A DNA stretch of 64,000 nucleotides from Amoebidium appalachense (lineage: Eukaryota > Protista > Ichthyosporea): NCBI GenBank assembly GCA_963693365.1, contig CAVNZM010000015.1, positions 4,595,502 to 4,659,501 on the forward strand, written 5' to 3'. Positions 1 through 13,657 of the stretch are shown here, piece by piece. Within the stretch, counting starts at the first letter, position 1. Each line of letters begins with the position of its first letter. The notes beneath the pieces are model-generated. The model had not been told where the DNA came from, made no database searches, and worked only from the letters and a program-made list of their open reading frames with translations. The translations under genes and the position numbers were made by a program.

Positions 1-38
1 GTACCCCCATATTCCCCCCCCCCCCGACCCCCCCCGAG

Positions 39-122
<84 letters not shown>

Positions 123-2090
123 AACACACACGTGCACTCCTTTCCCTGTGACCCCTCATGCACTCCCTTTGCCCTTTCACCCTCCCCCTTACCCCCCCCC
201 CCCCCTCCCCCCCCCCCCCCCCCCGCCCCCCCCTCACACCCCCCTCACACATACACACATGCGTGAGCTCTCTTTTGCTGCGAACATCCTCCCCTTACCT
301 ATTAAGCAACCTCCTAGGTTTTCCACACGGCTGCTTGCCACCTTTTCTAAAATCCCTCCCCTCCTGCTTGCTCGGATTTACTCCGAGACACTTGCCAAAG
401 CTTGTTAGTGTTGTTCTCCTGTGTGAGTGTTTGTGTGTGTGTCTACTTCTCCTCCCTTTCCCCTGCACACTTACACACCACTGCCACCAAGCGTGAGAGA
501 GGGGGAAACGAGGTGGTGTTTGTGTGTGTGTGCGGGGGTTCGGGGGGGGGGGGGGGGGGGAGAGGGGGGAGAGAGAAAGAGAGGGAGGGAGGTAGGTAGG
601 GAGAGGATGGGGGAGGGGGGAGGGAAAGAAGAGAGAGGTAAAGAGAAAATGCGGAGATGGCAGGGGCAGAGGGGGAGACAGTTTGTGTGTGAGGGATGGC
701 GAAAGGGGATGGAAGAAGGGGACGAGGAGAGAGAGAGGAAGAGGAAGCGAGGCAGAAATGGGCCGGGGCAGGGAGGGGGGGGGGGGGGAGGGGGGGAGAG
801 AGAGAGAGAGAAAGGAGTATGTGAGAGAAGAGGCAGGGGGGGGGAAATAGAGAGTGATAGGGGCGTGTGGGAGGGAGAGGGGAGGGAGGTGGAGGGAGGG
901 AAAGGGCGCGAAGCGGAAGAGAGGAGAGAAGATGAGGGAGGAAGCGATGGACGGGGAGAGATAGAGGGAAGAGAGTGAGAAAGAGAAGGGGGGGGCGGGG
1001 GTGGAGGGGGGGAAGAGAGAGATAGATTAGATCCCAACCCCTCTTACTTTTCTGTTTCATGTTTGTTGTTTTTCTTCCGCTCTGTTTGTCTATTTTTTAA
1101 CGTGTAGTCAGTTGTTTTCTTGCTCTATTAAGCTCGTTAAGGTTCGTGTTAAACGAGAGGGGGTTTAACATGGTGTGTGTGATTGAATGACTTCAGTTGG
1201 GCTGCCTAGGATGAGGATTAGGAGGGGGGCTGGGGGAGGGGGGGGGGGGAAGGGGGAGGGGGAAAGGGGAAGTGGTCTGTGATTAGGAAGGCAAAGGGGG
1301 GAGGGGGGGGGGGGGGGAGGGGGGATATGTGGAACGGGACAACGGAGTGCATTTGAGGTGATAGAGGGGGGCGGACGGAGGGGGAAGGGGGGGAGGGGGG
1401 GAGGGCAGAGGGGAGAGAGGGGGAAGTCGAAGGCGGTGAGGGAGAATCCAAATGGAGAAGGGGAAAGGGTAGGGCTGGGGGAGGGGGGGGGGGGGGGGCT
1501 TTGTGAACAGGGTAGAGTGAGAAAGGGAAGAGAAGCAGGGTAGAGGGGGATTTGGGGGGGGTTGGGGAGGAGGGGGGGGGGGGGGAGGGGCACTTTTGCC
1601 AGTGTCTGCCTGCTTTGTCATTCTTTTCTATGGTATTACGCTGGTGGTTTTGTGTGTGAATGGTGAGCACCTTCGGTTTATGGTTCGTGCCTGCATGTAC
1701 TTCGTGGAAGTGGAAAAGGGCGGCTCTAAGTTTGTGGTGGATGTTTGGTCAGTTGGTTTGGTTGCTGCTTTTGTATAAGCTTCTTCTTCTTAGTCTTGTT
1801 TTCGGCGTCGTATCAGAGAATTTGTGTCTCCAGGATTGGAGGGAAGCGTAGTGGGCAGGCGAGCACGCGGCGGGGGGGGGGGGGGGGGGGGGGGAGGGGG
1901 AAAGGAGGGGGGGGGAGCGGGCAGGCGAGGCGCGGCGGGGGGAGGGGGGGGGGGGGGGGAGGGGAAAGGAGGGGGGGGAGCGGGCAGGCGAGGCGCGGCG
2001 GGGGGGAGGGGGGAGGGGGGGGGGGAGGGGGGATTACGTTAGGTGGCTGGAGGTGGGCTTTGAGGGTGTGTGTTTGTGTGTGTGGTGGTG

Positions 2091-2124
<34 letters not shown>

Positions 2125-2239
2125 TTGGGGGGGAGGAGGGAGAGAGGGGGGAGGGAGGAGAAAAGAGTCGGAAAAAACAATCATGACTATCTCGCTCGTT
2201 TCAATTCTTATCAATATATCAACACAACTATCCATGCAG

Positions 2240-2629
2240 GCAGATTTTGCGGCTGCATCGCAACATGCCCCAGGAGTTGCGGTATCTGGGTGACCGCTAT
2301 GTGAGGGATGAGTTTAAGAGGCACAAGAATGCAAAGCCAGAGTTCGTGGCTCAGTTCATGCAGCAGTGGCAGGTGTGTGTATGCTTTCAACACACACACA
2401 CACAAACACACACTCACTTACTCATTCACACACACACACACACTCACACACACACACAAACACACATACACACACGCACACACGCACACGCACACGCACA
2501 TACGCACACATCCTCACATGCACATGTATACATACACACATGCGTGCAAGCCCGTGTGTGCGTGCACGCACGCACACACACACACACACATACATGTACA
2601 TGCACACACACCGTGGCATACACACACAT

Positions 2630-2693
<64 letters not shown>

Positions 2694-3088
2694 GGCCTTA
2701 CACACATACATACATACATACATATGCACATGCACACACACACACACACATACATACATACATACATATGCACATGCACACACACGCAAGGCACACACAC
2801 ACACACACAGGCAGAGGCACATGGACTTGGAAATTTCAACTGTCATACAGCATGCTCTTCTTTTTCATTTATTTCATTGTTTTATTCAATGACTCTACTC
2901 CCTTCTTCTTCCGATGGGCCCCCGGGGACCGGATCCCCTGGACGGGGGGGGGGGGGGGGGGGGGGGGATTTATGTGTTAACAGAGTATGAATTACACATT
3001 CATGACGGGCAACTAAAACAGATTTCTATATAAATATTATGCATTATAAGGAGAGCCCATCCTCAGCAGGCGTTTTCTTTTCTTTCTT

Positions 3089-3124
<36 letters not shown>

Positions 3125-3215
3125 CCGGGGGTGGGGGTGGGGGTGGGGGGGTGGGGGGGGGTAGCGCATGACATTTGCACGTTCATTTTGCATTTCTTGC
3201 TTTCTCTCAACCCTA

Positions 3216-3251
<36 letters not shown>

Positions 3252-3675
3252 ACCACCACCACCACCACCACCACCACCACCACCACCCTCCCACTCCTCC
3301 CCTCCCCTCCACCCCCTTGCCCCTGCCCCCGCCCCTGCGCCCCCGCCCCCCCCCCACAAAAAAAAAAAAAAAAAAAAAAAACTGTCCCTTCACGTGTACT
3401 ATTCTGTTGTTGCCCTCCCCCCCCCCCCCCCCCCCTTCAAATTCGATATCTCCTTGTTCCGACCCGAGTCCTCCAATCAAAACACACACACTGACATGAA
3501 GAATGTTCGTGTTGGCCCTCTGCAGTGGTACGCCAAAGACCTATCGCAACAACTGGCAATGCAGAGTGACAACATAGGCGCGCCATTGGCCCCAGATCAC
3601 GTGGAAGCGCTTAACCCTGAACAGCTGGGCCAACTGAGCGTGTTGAGGGAGGAGGCAACGAAACCAAAGGAATAG
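2240..3675 (+). CDS. SDHAF3: Succinate dehydrogenase assembly factor 3 (ACN9/Sdh7, LYR family), 3' exons 2240-2372 and 3526-3675; first exon not located
   Basis: Exon [36 protein letters not shown] (CAG acceptor, GT donor at 2373) joins in phase 0 to [26 protein letters not shown]. The LGDxYVxxEFxxH and EQLGQL motifs are typical of ACN9/SDHAF3. Confidence 0.9.
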
Positions 3676-4485
3676 GCAGTGAATCAGTCGGTGTGATATC
3701 CATGATGCGTGGTGTGGTTTGAAGAGTAGTCTGAAAATATCATGATCTGATTTTGTGTCTTTTGGACTCGAATCCAACACAATGCTATTGTGATGTAACT
3801 ACATAGCGTGTGTTTTCTATTTTTTTTTTGTTTTTGTTTTCCCCCTTCTTCTTCTTCTTCTTCGTTCTCACCCCTCTCCCCCAGAACTTGAACTTTTGTT
3901 TGGGGGAAGAGGGGGGGGGGGGACCCCATTCATTAACCGAGTCCCTACGTATACGGCCGAGCGAGTCGCATGATTCTAGAATCTAACCTCAATTCAACAA
4001 GTAGTACTAAGGTTACCTGTTATCCTTTGAGTAAAAGTAACCTCACGGTGCAAGGCCCCCTGACAGTCTCTCGGTAACGGTTTAAGATTTGGCAGGTTGC
4101 GGATCTTCTCTGGCTCGACGGTCACACACACACACACACACTTCACACGCACACGCACAATTTGGCAGTCAGCCAGTGACACACGGCGACGCACTCAGGG
4201 TACGCCTGTCACACGTGCGAGCTCAGTATGTCCGCATACTGCGACCGTGCACATGTCCACCCGACAGGTTCATGACTCAAGAAAATACAGGGCAATGGTT
4301 AACACTGTTTTCCTTTTCTTTTTTTTTTTTGTGGCAGAGTTTCTTTCCGTACGTTCAAGGCTTTTCTCGTTCTTTCCTTTTTTCCCACCCACCTTTTTCT
4401 CTTTTCTTCTTCAAAATCTTCTTCTTCTTCTTCTTCTTCTTCTTCTTCTTCTTCTTCTTCTTCTTCTACTTCTTTTTTTTTTTTT

Positions 4486-4536
<51 letters not shown>

Positions 4537-6823
4537 GGGGGATAGGTCATCCTACACGACAGTCACTCGGTGGATCTTTTTCATAATGGCATGCAATACT
4601 TGAGACCCGGGCCGGATTGTCTCACCATCATCACGTGACGTTCACTTCAGTGCCCACTTCCTTCCATCTGCCCCGTCGGAGTCCCTCAAAATGGTGAAAG
4701 ACTGACTGTCTGGTTTAGCTAGGGTGAGCCAGACGTGGCGGGGGCCAGGCGACCATGGCCAGAGTTGACTGCCATGATCATCATCCGACTACCTCTTCGT
4801 TCTTGGTTGAGGCTCCAAAAAGGGCAGTCTCGGATAGTGCTCTCAATGAAACAAGCTTTAAGTTTCGAGTTTCCTCCCTTTTCCGGAATGAATGAGGCCA
4901 CATGCTGAACTTAGACGACAGACTCAGTCTAAGTGTGCGTTACGTTCAGAATCTGTCAACTTCCGGTCAAGCACAGTCTGGCAGGTGAATTAATGGCGTT
5001 TCAAAAATTTAATGCACTTTGCCCCCAGGTGCACTGTGAAGAGAAACCGCACGCCGTAGACGGAACACCAATGTAAAGGACTGATATGCCATGGTATGTC
5101 TTAGGAGACTGTGTGCTGGAAGTGTGTGCTGGATCCGGATCCGAAGTGGTTGAGTCACAGCGAGGCCATATTACCTTAGTAATTTCTTTCACACTTCGGA
5201 GTCAGGTCCAAGGCCTCCTATAATACCAACATGTTGGTATATTGGAGGCCTTCATTTGGTCAGGTCACAGCACCGTGCAAGGAACTCCAAGCCTACACGT
5301 TGATCTCGGTGATGGACGGAGCCTCAGGAACCTGCAATGTTACCCTCGGGGTTCAGCACGAATGTTGACAACTAAAGAGTACCTCATGCATGTGAACACA
5401 CGTGCATATACGCACGTGTTGTGGTCACCAAAACCTTAGCAAAGCCTACACACACCGTCACACAAGGGCGGGGAATAAAAACTTTGGCTTTCCGAGTGCC
5501 ATCGATATCGTGCGCCACAAACCCTTGAATCGACATCCCAGTTCGTCACCCTCTGAAATTCACCATAAGCTTCGTGAGGAATTCCGGAAACCCATTGAAT
5601 GGATGGTGCAGTGAAGGGCTTGTACCGTTTAGTAAAATATAGATCGACGAAGTCGGAAACAGAAGATTATAAATATTAATTTACATGAACAATTGGAACA
5701 GTATAATACCCTCGTCAGATATACCGCCCTGACTTATTCTCAGGCAATAGTTTTCTAAGCCAACAGTGACAGTTACGGAATTTGATCGATGACGGATGCG
5801 AATGGGGCTCAATACCTGAGGCAGATTTACCTCTTGTCATCTGCTTGCAGGAATGCGCGCTCGCGTTCACACCGTGGCTGCACAGCTTGCCCAAGGCGAG
5901 CTTTTGATTTGACACTAACTCGCGTCATAATGAGCATGTCAAATCGTGAAGTTACATAAAACAATAAGATTTTTTAGTTGCTCTTTTTAGTAAATGTTTT
6001 TCCCCATAAAGTCAAGTAATCAGGAATAGAGTTGAAAAAAGTTAAACCACCTAACCAGGAACCAACAACACAATTTGAAGCCCTAATATTTTGGCAACTT
6101 TTTTATGAGGGACTGAAGCCAATCATGCATGACTGAGCTGCGAACTCGAAGAGTCACGACTGTGGATTGACAGCTGCGCATTTGTGTGTTTGGGTAATTT
6201 CACATTGCACCCCCTTGACTAAATAGTAATACCGAGCGCTGGGCATTTTAACCCCCCTTTTTTGCTACCGACAATATACCCGTCTATCTGAACCGTATTT
6301 TGCGTCTTTTCCGGATCCAACAAGAGGCGGAACGGTACTTTTCATTTTTAGAATTAGATGCCCATGGCTTTTTTTTCCGTAGCCTAATTTCAATTTATTT
6401 TTCTGCTTACCGTTTGATGCCAGCTCGGTTAGCTATTCAACGAAAATAATCTTTATTTCGCCCAAACCTGTTCTACATTAGCATTCAAAAAATCCCGAAT
6501 GGTCGGTTGGCGACAAATTGAGATGGAAGGTGATCACATTTTGCCACACTCTCTAAGAATTCTTTTTTACCCCTCTCTCCGGCTATCGATTCGGGTCGAA
6601 GCAACTTGTGACGGCCGGTCACGCATTGGACGGCTCTCTCCCTCCAGTCCGGAAGCTGCACGAACGTTCGCCCATGCCGCACACGCGTACACACGGTCAC
6701 ACCGACACATGTTTTTTGGATTTGCGAGAAACCCATACGAGCAAAAAAAAAAAAGAGAAAACTAAGTGAAAAAATGTTTTTTTTCCGCGCACATTATAGC
6801 ACATCAAGGTAGAATGCTTCGAA

Positions 6824-9289
6824 ATGACTGACAGTCCCAAAAAATCCCCTCCGTCGGGGCCGCCCCCAGGGGAAGCGAACGTTAGTGAAACGACAAACAC
6901 GTCAAGCAACCAAACGAAAACCCCACAAAATCCACCCACAAACTCAATTCAACCGATAGAGGGATTGCATAAACCAGTAGAGAGAGAGAGGATAGAATGT
7001 CCCGAACCAGGGTGTGGTCGTGTATACAGCACGGGTGCGTCTCTTCGTGGGCACCTGAGGCGGGAGCACGCAGAGCGAAGAATGCTCGGAAACGAACCAA
7101 AACCCAGACCTCCCCCCGTAAAATTGGCCGTTCGCGTCGTTCCCCCACAGCTTATGCCCCATTTTTCAGCCATGGGTAAAGGCTCAGACAGTGGTAAGCT
7201 CCCTCACGCGGGTGGTTCTGGGCCTCTTCCAGGTAGCGGCCCATTTTCTGTCGTTTCAGGCCCCCCTGGCCCAAATTCCCCTCGCCCACGCACACCACAA
7301 CCTGGCATGCACCCCCGTCCCTCCTGGATTTGCACCTAGAGGGGCCTTCCCTGTGCAGGGTTCACCTTACCCTCCTCAGTCTATGTCCGGACCGTTGGAT
7401 AGAGGAGCAGAGGGCGAGCCCACTCGTGCACCCGACAGGCACGGCTACATGTCACCCACGCCGCTTTCCTTAGAGCGAAATTCGCTTCAAGCACCACCCT
7501 CGCGCACGAGCGAAGATTCAAAACAGCGTGCGCCGTCAGAAACGGGCGTGCACCACACGGAAAATGTGCAGGAACGGTATGGTTCGGCCCCTGCATTAGG
7601 GTGGAGACCACACACGCCTGCAAACGACCGCGACGGGCCGGGGAGCGAAGAAGTGGAAATGTCGGAACCAAGCACCCAACCAACGGACGACACACAGCAG
7701 CAACACGAAAGTGAGCACGAACAGCCCCCACCCCCACCGTCTGTGTGGCAGGAACGAAACATGAGTTACCCAGTGGCACCCGGAGTGCCACCTCGGGAGC
7801 AAAGGGGAGCTCCTCTCTCACACACAACTATCGCCGGACCCCCTCGCGCTGCCAGTCCAGTTTCGGAAAACATGGGCACGGAAAATAGTAGACCACCAAG
7901 CGCGCACGGGGAGTGGGGGAGAAATGCGCTATTCAGCGAGACAAACGCAACCGGGCGTAATGAGTTCGGAATTGCACGAAGTGCAAATGGCGGGCGGATA
8001 CAGGGAGGCGAGAAGCCACCCACTTAACGAGCAGCAACGGAGCTCGAGACAGGAATCCGATTACGTCCCAGATCGCGATTCGGCGTATCATTCGAGCACG
8101 AGTTCCGCTCTGCTTCATGCACACAGTGGTTCTTTGAACTATCAGCAATCACTGAGCGCACCGCTGCGTTCGCGAAATCCACCTTCACGACCCCCACCCG
8201 GATACATGCAGCCCGTGTCAGACCCACGGCACCCACACGACCGCGAAGACACGCGAATGTCTGGAAATTACGACGAAAGACCGCCCCCACCACGCGAGGC
8301 AGGGTGGTCCAGAGCCCCTCCCCGCATGAATGAGCCAACGAGTTATCGTGAATTCGAAGGGCACCCCGAATGGCATAATCAGCGTTTTCCCCCTCGCTCA
8401 GCTACTTCTGACGAAAGACATTCGGGCCCCCTTCCACCGCCAAGCAGGGTGTATGAAACGGTGCACGAACGGAGATATAGTGAATCTGCCATTGCTTTGG
8501 AGCCCGCGGTAGAGGTGGAGAGACGGACGGAGGACACACACAGGGAGAGATACGTCGGAGAGGGTGGAATACCCCCTCCGGGAGGGGGGGTACGCGCGTC
8601 CTCCCGTTGGGTATGCGGTGTACGAGCGCGAACGGGCGTATGTAGACGAACGTGTGTATTTCCGTCATTCCACATCGGTTCCAGGGGACGAATATGGTGT
8701 GTATAAGGAACAAAGTAGGTGGGAATCAAGCAGAGACCGTTACGAGCAGGAAAGGGCTGGGTGGGCTACTAGTCCCTCCGCACCACTTCATTCCCCGGGG
8801 GCATATTCGTATCACCGCGCGCCGCGATCGGGCCCGATCGATAAATCCGACGATTATTATGATTTCGGTGGTCCCCCTCCTTCGCGCCGGCCGCCTGTGG
8901 ATGATTACTATGAGTTTGGTGGGGTGCGTGAGCGCGGACCCCCCGGAGGCGCGGACGACTATTACGATTTCAGTGGGCCGCGCGAGCGAAAATTGGGTCC
9001 TGGGGGGGTCGATGATTATTACGATTTCGGGGGTCCGCCGCGGCGCGCTTGCACCGAAAACTACTACCAGCCCCCACCCCCACCCCCGAAGGATTATTAT
9101 GATTTTGGCGAGCCTGCACAACCTTCCTATTATGGTAATCGTGCGGGATACGCGGCGCCAGGGCTGGATCGTGCGGGCAATGTGAGGGGGGATGCTATGG
9201 AGACAGATTCGTGGGAGGAGGATCGATATGTCGCACTGCAGCGTGAAAATGTGACGTGGCAGGCAGAGGAACCACACCGCCCACGGTAG
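6824..9289 (+). CDS. Single C2H2 zinc-finger protein with a long Pro/Arg/Tyr-rich disordered region and C-terminal DDYYDFGG repeats; apparently one intronless CDS broken by three +1 frameshifts
   Basis: CPEPGCGRVYSTGASLRGHLRREH is a C2H2 finger. Overlapping ORFs 6824-7339, 7191-8027, 7924-8706 and 8564-9289 hand over at short C or G runs (~7320, ~7918, ~8560) across 2.5 kb of repeat-free sequence. Confidence 0.75.
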
Positions 9290-9605
9290 AGCCATTATGG
9301 TAGGTTTTCTCCTTCAATTAGTTAATCGTGGCGTGTGGTTTTCATTCGTTATTTTTTGGCTGGATTTTCCTTTTCTTTTTCTAAGGTTGTTTTTTGTATT
9401 ATTTTGTTGCATTTGGGGCCTCGCGCCGGGGACAGGGAGGGGAAGAGGGGGGGGGGGGGGGGGGGGAGGGGGGGGGGGGGGGGGGGGGGAAGGGGGGCAC
9501 CCTTGTGCTGTCTAGTGCGTGGCAGGTTGTCTTGTGTCATTTGTTTCCCCCCCCCCCCCCCACCCCCCCACACTACACACACACCCCTTCTCATGCCTAC
9601 GTCTC

Positions 9606-9648
<43 letters not shown>

Positions 9649-9889
9649 CCCCCCCCCCCCCCCCCCTTTGTGAAGGTGTACATAGCACTCTGTAACGCAT
9701 TTCTACCTCCCCCCCTTCCCCCCCCTTCCCCCCCCCCCCCTCCCCTCCCCTCCCCTAACATATGCATGCGACTGTGCGCAGGTGCGTACGCAAATGCATG
9801 TTCCTCTTGGTATGCTCGTGCTTGTGGCACACTTGAATGTGTACCCTACCTTCCACCGTGTGTTTATCGTGTGTGCATCGAACAAGGCT

Positions 9890-10621
9890 CACTCTCGCCC
9901 GTTCCTTGAAAGACCCACCCACATACATTTGCACATGTTGATCCTCATGGCTACCGCCCCTCCCCTTCCTCTCCCTCTCCCTAACCTCCCCACCTCCCCC
10001 CCCCCCCCCCCCCCATCCCCCCCCTCCACCCCCCCGCCCACCCACCCACCTCACCTCCCGGTTTCTGTTTGTCTTCTAATCTCTCCTCCTCTATTATTCC
10101 AGCCCTCCCATGCATACATCGTCCCCTCCTCCCCCCCCCCCCCCCCCCAACCACCACTGCCACCACCCCCTCCCCTCCCCCCCTCCCCCCCCCCTCCCCC
10201 CCCCCCCCCCCCCCCCCCCCATGGGTTATAAGGCTGGCTGCTGTTTATGATGCATTATGATGAATCTGTACCTCGTATTCTGTAACACATTCTAAGCCAG
10301 CCCTCCCTCCCTCCCCCCCCCCCTCCCCCCCCTCCCCCCCCTCGCCCCTTGCCCTCCCCCTTTCCCCCATTGTTGTACACGAACACACATTCATATGCAC
10401 ACACATACTCACCTGCAATGCTCATTTTTTTCAGTCACCTCCCCCATATGCCCAACCCCGCACCTTCCTCCTTCCTTGCTAAAGCCCATTTAGAAACAAA
10501 GCCATTTAGGCATGCACATACACCCACATGCTCCCCCCCCCCCCCCCCCCCCCCCCCCGGCGCCCCAAAGCAAGGCCATTGAAACATGCACGCACACACA
10601 CATGCCCCTACCCCCGACCTA

Positions 10622-10652
<31 letters not shown>

Positions 10653-10754
10653 CGTGCACAGATCTCTACTGCGTGTGTGCACAAGTATATACAACGAACA
10701 TGCATGCAACTTATATTTTTGTGTTTCGTTTTGGCCTTCTGAAGCCCTCCCCCC

Positions 10755-10794
<40 letters not shown>

Positions 10795-11150
10795 ACCCAC
10801 CCACCCCTCGCCCTCCTTATTATGCATACATTTAATGTGTGTTTGGCATTCTGCGTTGTGTTGTCCATTGTGCATGTGTGCTTCTTACTCTGCGCGTTCA
10901 AACCCCCCCCCCCCCCCCCCCCCCCCCGCCCCATCCCTTCTCCCTTCCCCCCTCCTCCTCATCCACGCGTGCATGTGGTCTTTGTACTTCGCAACGTGTA
11001 GATCACCCCCCCTTCCCCCCCACCCCACGCACACAACCCACCCACCCACACACACACACACACATACATACACACACACACAGGCACACTGCCTCTTTGC
11101 TGATGCCGCATGATGCCATCTTTTGCATGTTAAGTCCTAATTCTTGCTCC

Positions 11151-11187
<37 letters not shown>

Positions 11188-11931
11188 CCCCACACCCCAC
11201 CACCACCACCACCACCACCACCCACCCACCCCCATTCCTCCACCCCTCCCTCCCACCCACCCCACCCGGTTGTAACTGTGTATTTGCGATCATGTGGTGT
11301 GATTATATTCCTCCCTCAACCTTTCCCCCTTGAAGGGGTATTTTGCACTCTGTAACGTATCTTGGCGCCATACCATACAGGGGAGCACGTTCACCTTTCC
11401 GCACATATACCTAATATTAGTGCACGACACATGCATGTTGGTGCTCGTTAAGTTCTGCATTACACACGTGCATCCCGCTGTGACAAACACACACGCTAAC
11501 TCATTCACTCACTCACTCACTCACTCACTCACTCATGCACTCACTCACTCACATTCCCACACACACTATGCACACACACACACGCGACGCGCAGGCACAC
11601 GTATATGCACATGCACACACCCATCTGTAGCCAGCACACACACACACACCACGACCTGATTCTATTCATGCTCGTGTATCTTTCTTTGTTGTGTCGTGTC
11701 TTCCATGCATTGCATCGTTCTCTTGGTTGGGTTGCTTAGTACTCACCCTCCTAGATCGCAACCCCACACAGTCACACAACCATACACACACACACACACG
11801 GATGTGCGCGCATGCACGCGCGCGCACACACACACACAAACACATGCACACACATGCACACAGACTGCACAGCATATAATACTCCCCCCACCCCCACCAC
11901 CCCGGCCCGTCTCGTTATTAGTTGTGTTATG

Positions 11932-11986
<55 letters not shown>

Positions 11987-11993
11987 CGCGCGC

Positions 11994-12040
<47 letters not shown>

Positions 12041-12747
12041 TGGGTGTGGACAAGTGTAGACCAGTGGTGGTGTTCTTAAGCTCCCCCGGGGGGAGAGGGG
12101 TGGGGGGGGAGGGGGAGGGGGGTTACTGTCTTTTCGCCTGTATAGACAGCACCACACATCCCTCCTCTTAAAAACTTTGCATTGTGTTGTTGCCGTGAAT
12201 GCGTAATTTACACACTGTGACATATTCTATTGCCCCTCCTCCCTCCCTCTAACCTCCCCCCTTCCCCCCCTTCCGTGCCCGAAGATAGGCTCTGCTTATT
12301 ATGCATACTCTTTATGTTTGGTTTGCACTCTCAGACTGCATTGATTGTCCGTTGTGAATGTGTACTTCGTACTAAATGGCCCATTCCCCCCCCCCCCCCC
12401 CCCCCCCCCCCAATTTTTTATTTTTCGTTCTTGCGACGTTTTATGTTTTTTCCTTTGATGTCTCCTCCACATCATCTACTCTTCTAATGTATACATCTTC
12501 ACCCCCCCCCCCCCCCCCCCCCCCCCCCCCTTCCCCGGGAAACACCCCATGCTTGTTCTGAATAGACATAAGGGAGTGATGGTGTGTTGTCGATGTTGGT
12601 TATGTCATCTGACGGGTTGATTTAAATGCCATCAAAAAAATCGTACAATATACTGACCACACCATGGCCATAACACGCGCACACACACACAAACACACAC
12701 ACACACACACACACAGAGTTTCACATGCACACAGACACGCACGCACG

Positions 12748-12778
<31 letters not shown>

Positions 12779-12807
12779 ACACATGCACACACACACACAC
12801 ATGCACA

Positions 12808-12883
<76 letters not shown>

Positions 12884-13387
12884 GGCATGGATACACATGT
12901 GCAGACTGCGTACTCGCATCGTCTTTTCCTCGAAAATCGGGAACCCTCGGCATAATCCCGTGCAAGGGAAATTGCGGTGCTTTGAGTATTTTTGACTGCA
13001 TTATTGAAAAATACGTGAATTTCATGTCGAATATTAGAGATAGGGAAGTTGAAATGTAGAGGTAAGCTGCCAAAGTCTCGCCAGTTTTTGCTGTAGTCTG
13101 ATTTTTGTTTTGTGTTTTGTGAATTTGCAAGAGAACAATTTTCAGTGTTTATGCAACCGGTTTTTTGCTAAGTTTGACGCCTGTGTGGCGTTTAGACTGG
13201 GTGTGTGCATGAACTCTCGTATGCAGCACCCAAACACGTTCGGTCTTTTCATTCACTGTTACAATCGTACACACTGAATCATTCACGTAGACAGTAAAAC
13301 TAACGCACACGCACGCACGGGCGCGAGCACACACATAGGGGATGGGGGGGAAGGGGGGGGGAAGGGGTTGCACACACTCACTCACAT

Positions 13388-13471
<84 letters not shown>

Positions 13472-13657
13472 ACACCACACCACGCCACATGCACGCAAGC
13501 GCAAGCGCAAGCACTTACGCACGTACGTAACCATGCACAGAAAAATTCGTAGATTTTCCGAACATTGCAGGGTTTGAACAGGACATGGTTGAGTGTTTTT
13601 AGACACGGGAAGTCGAAGCTCGGTGAATAATTGATCCGACACACGAAAAAGAGACAT
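9890..13657 (-). pseudogene. Probable multi-exon relic of a Mutator-like (MULE) transposase or derived gene
   Basis: Unique-sequence islands lie between microsatellites, several with minus-strand splice signals (e.g. GCAG|GTGAGT at ~10410). Splicing ~13528 to ~13275 gives FFCAWLLCTIVTVNEKTERVWVLHTRVHAH (C-x4-C-x19-H-x-H, FLYWCH/WRKY-like). Later islands read VRFFDGI and SKWALAR. Stops and frameshifts are present. Confidence 0.35.

Noticed and set aside
259-408. Short ORF as the first exon of SDHAF3
   Set aside because: It has no LYR-like motif and no suitable phase-2 donor. The true first exon is probably upstream of the window.
4010-4030. GGTTACCTGTTATCC resembling an I-SceI site or LSU rRNA segment
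   Set aside because: Only a partial match, and I see no surrounding rRNA-like sequence.
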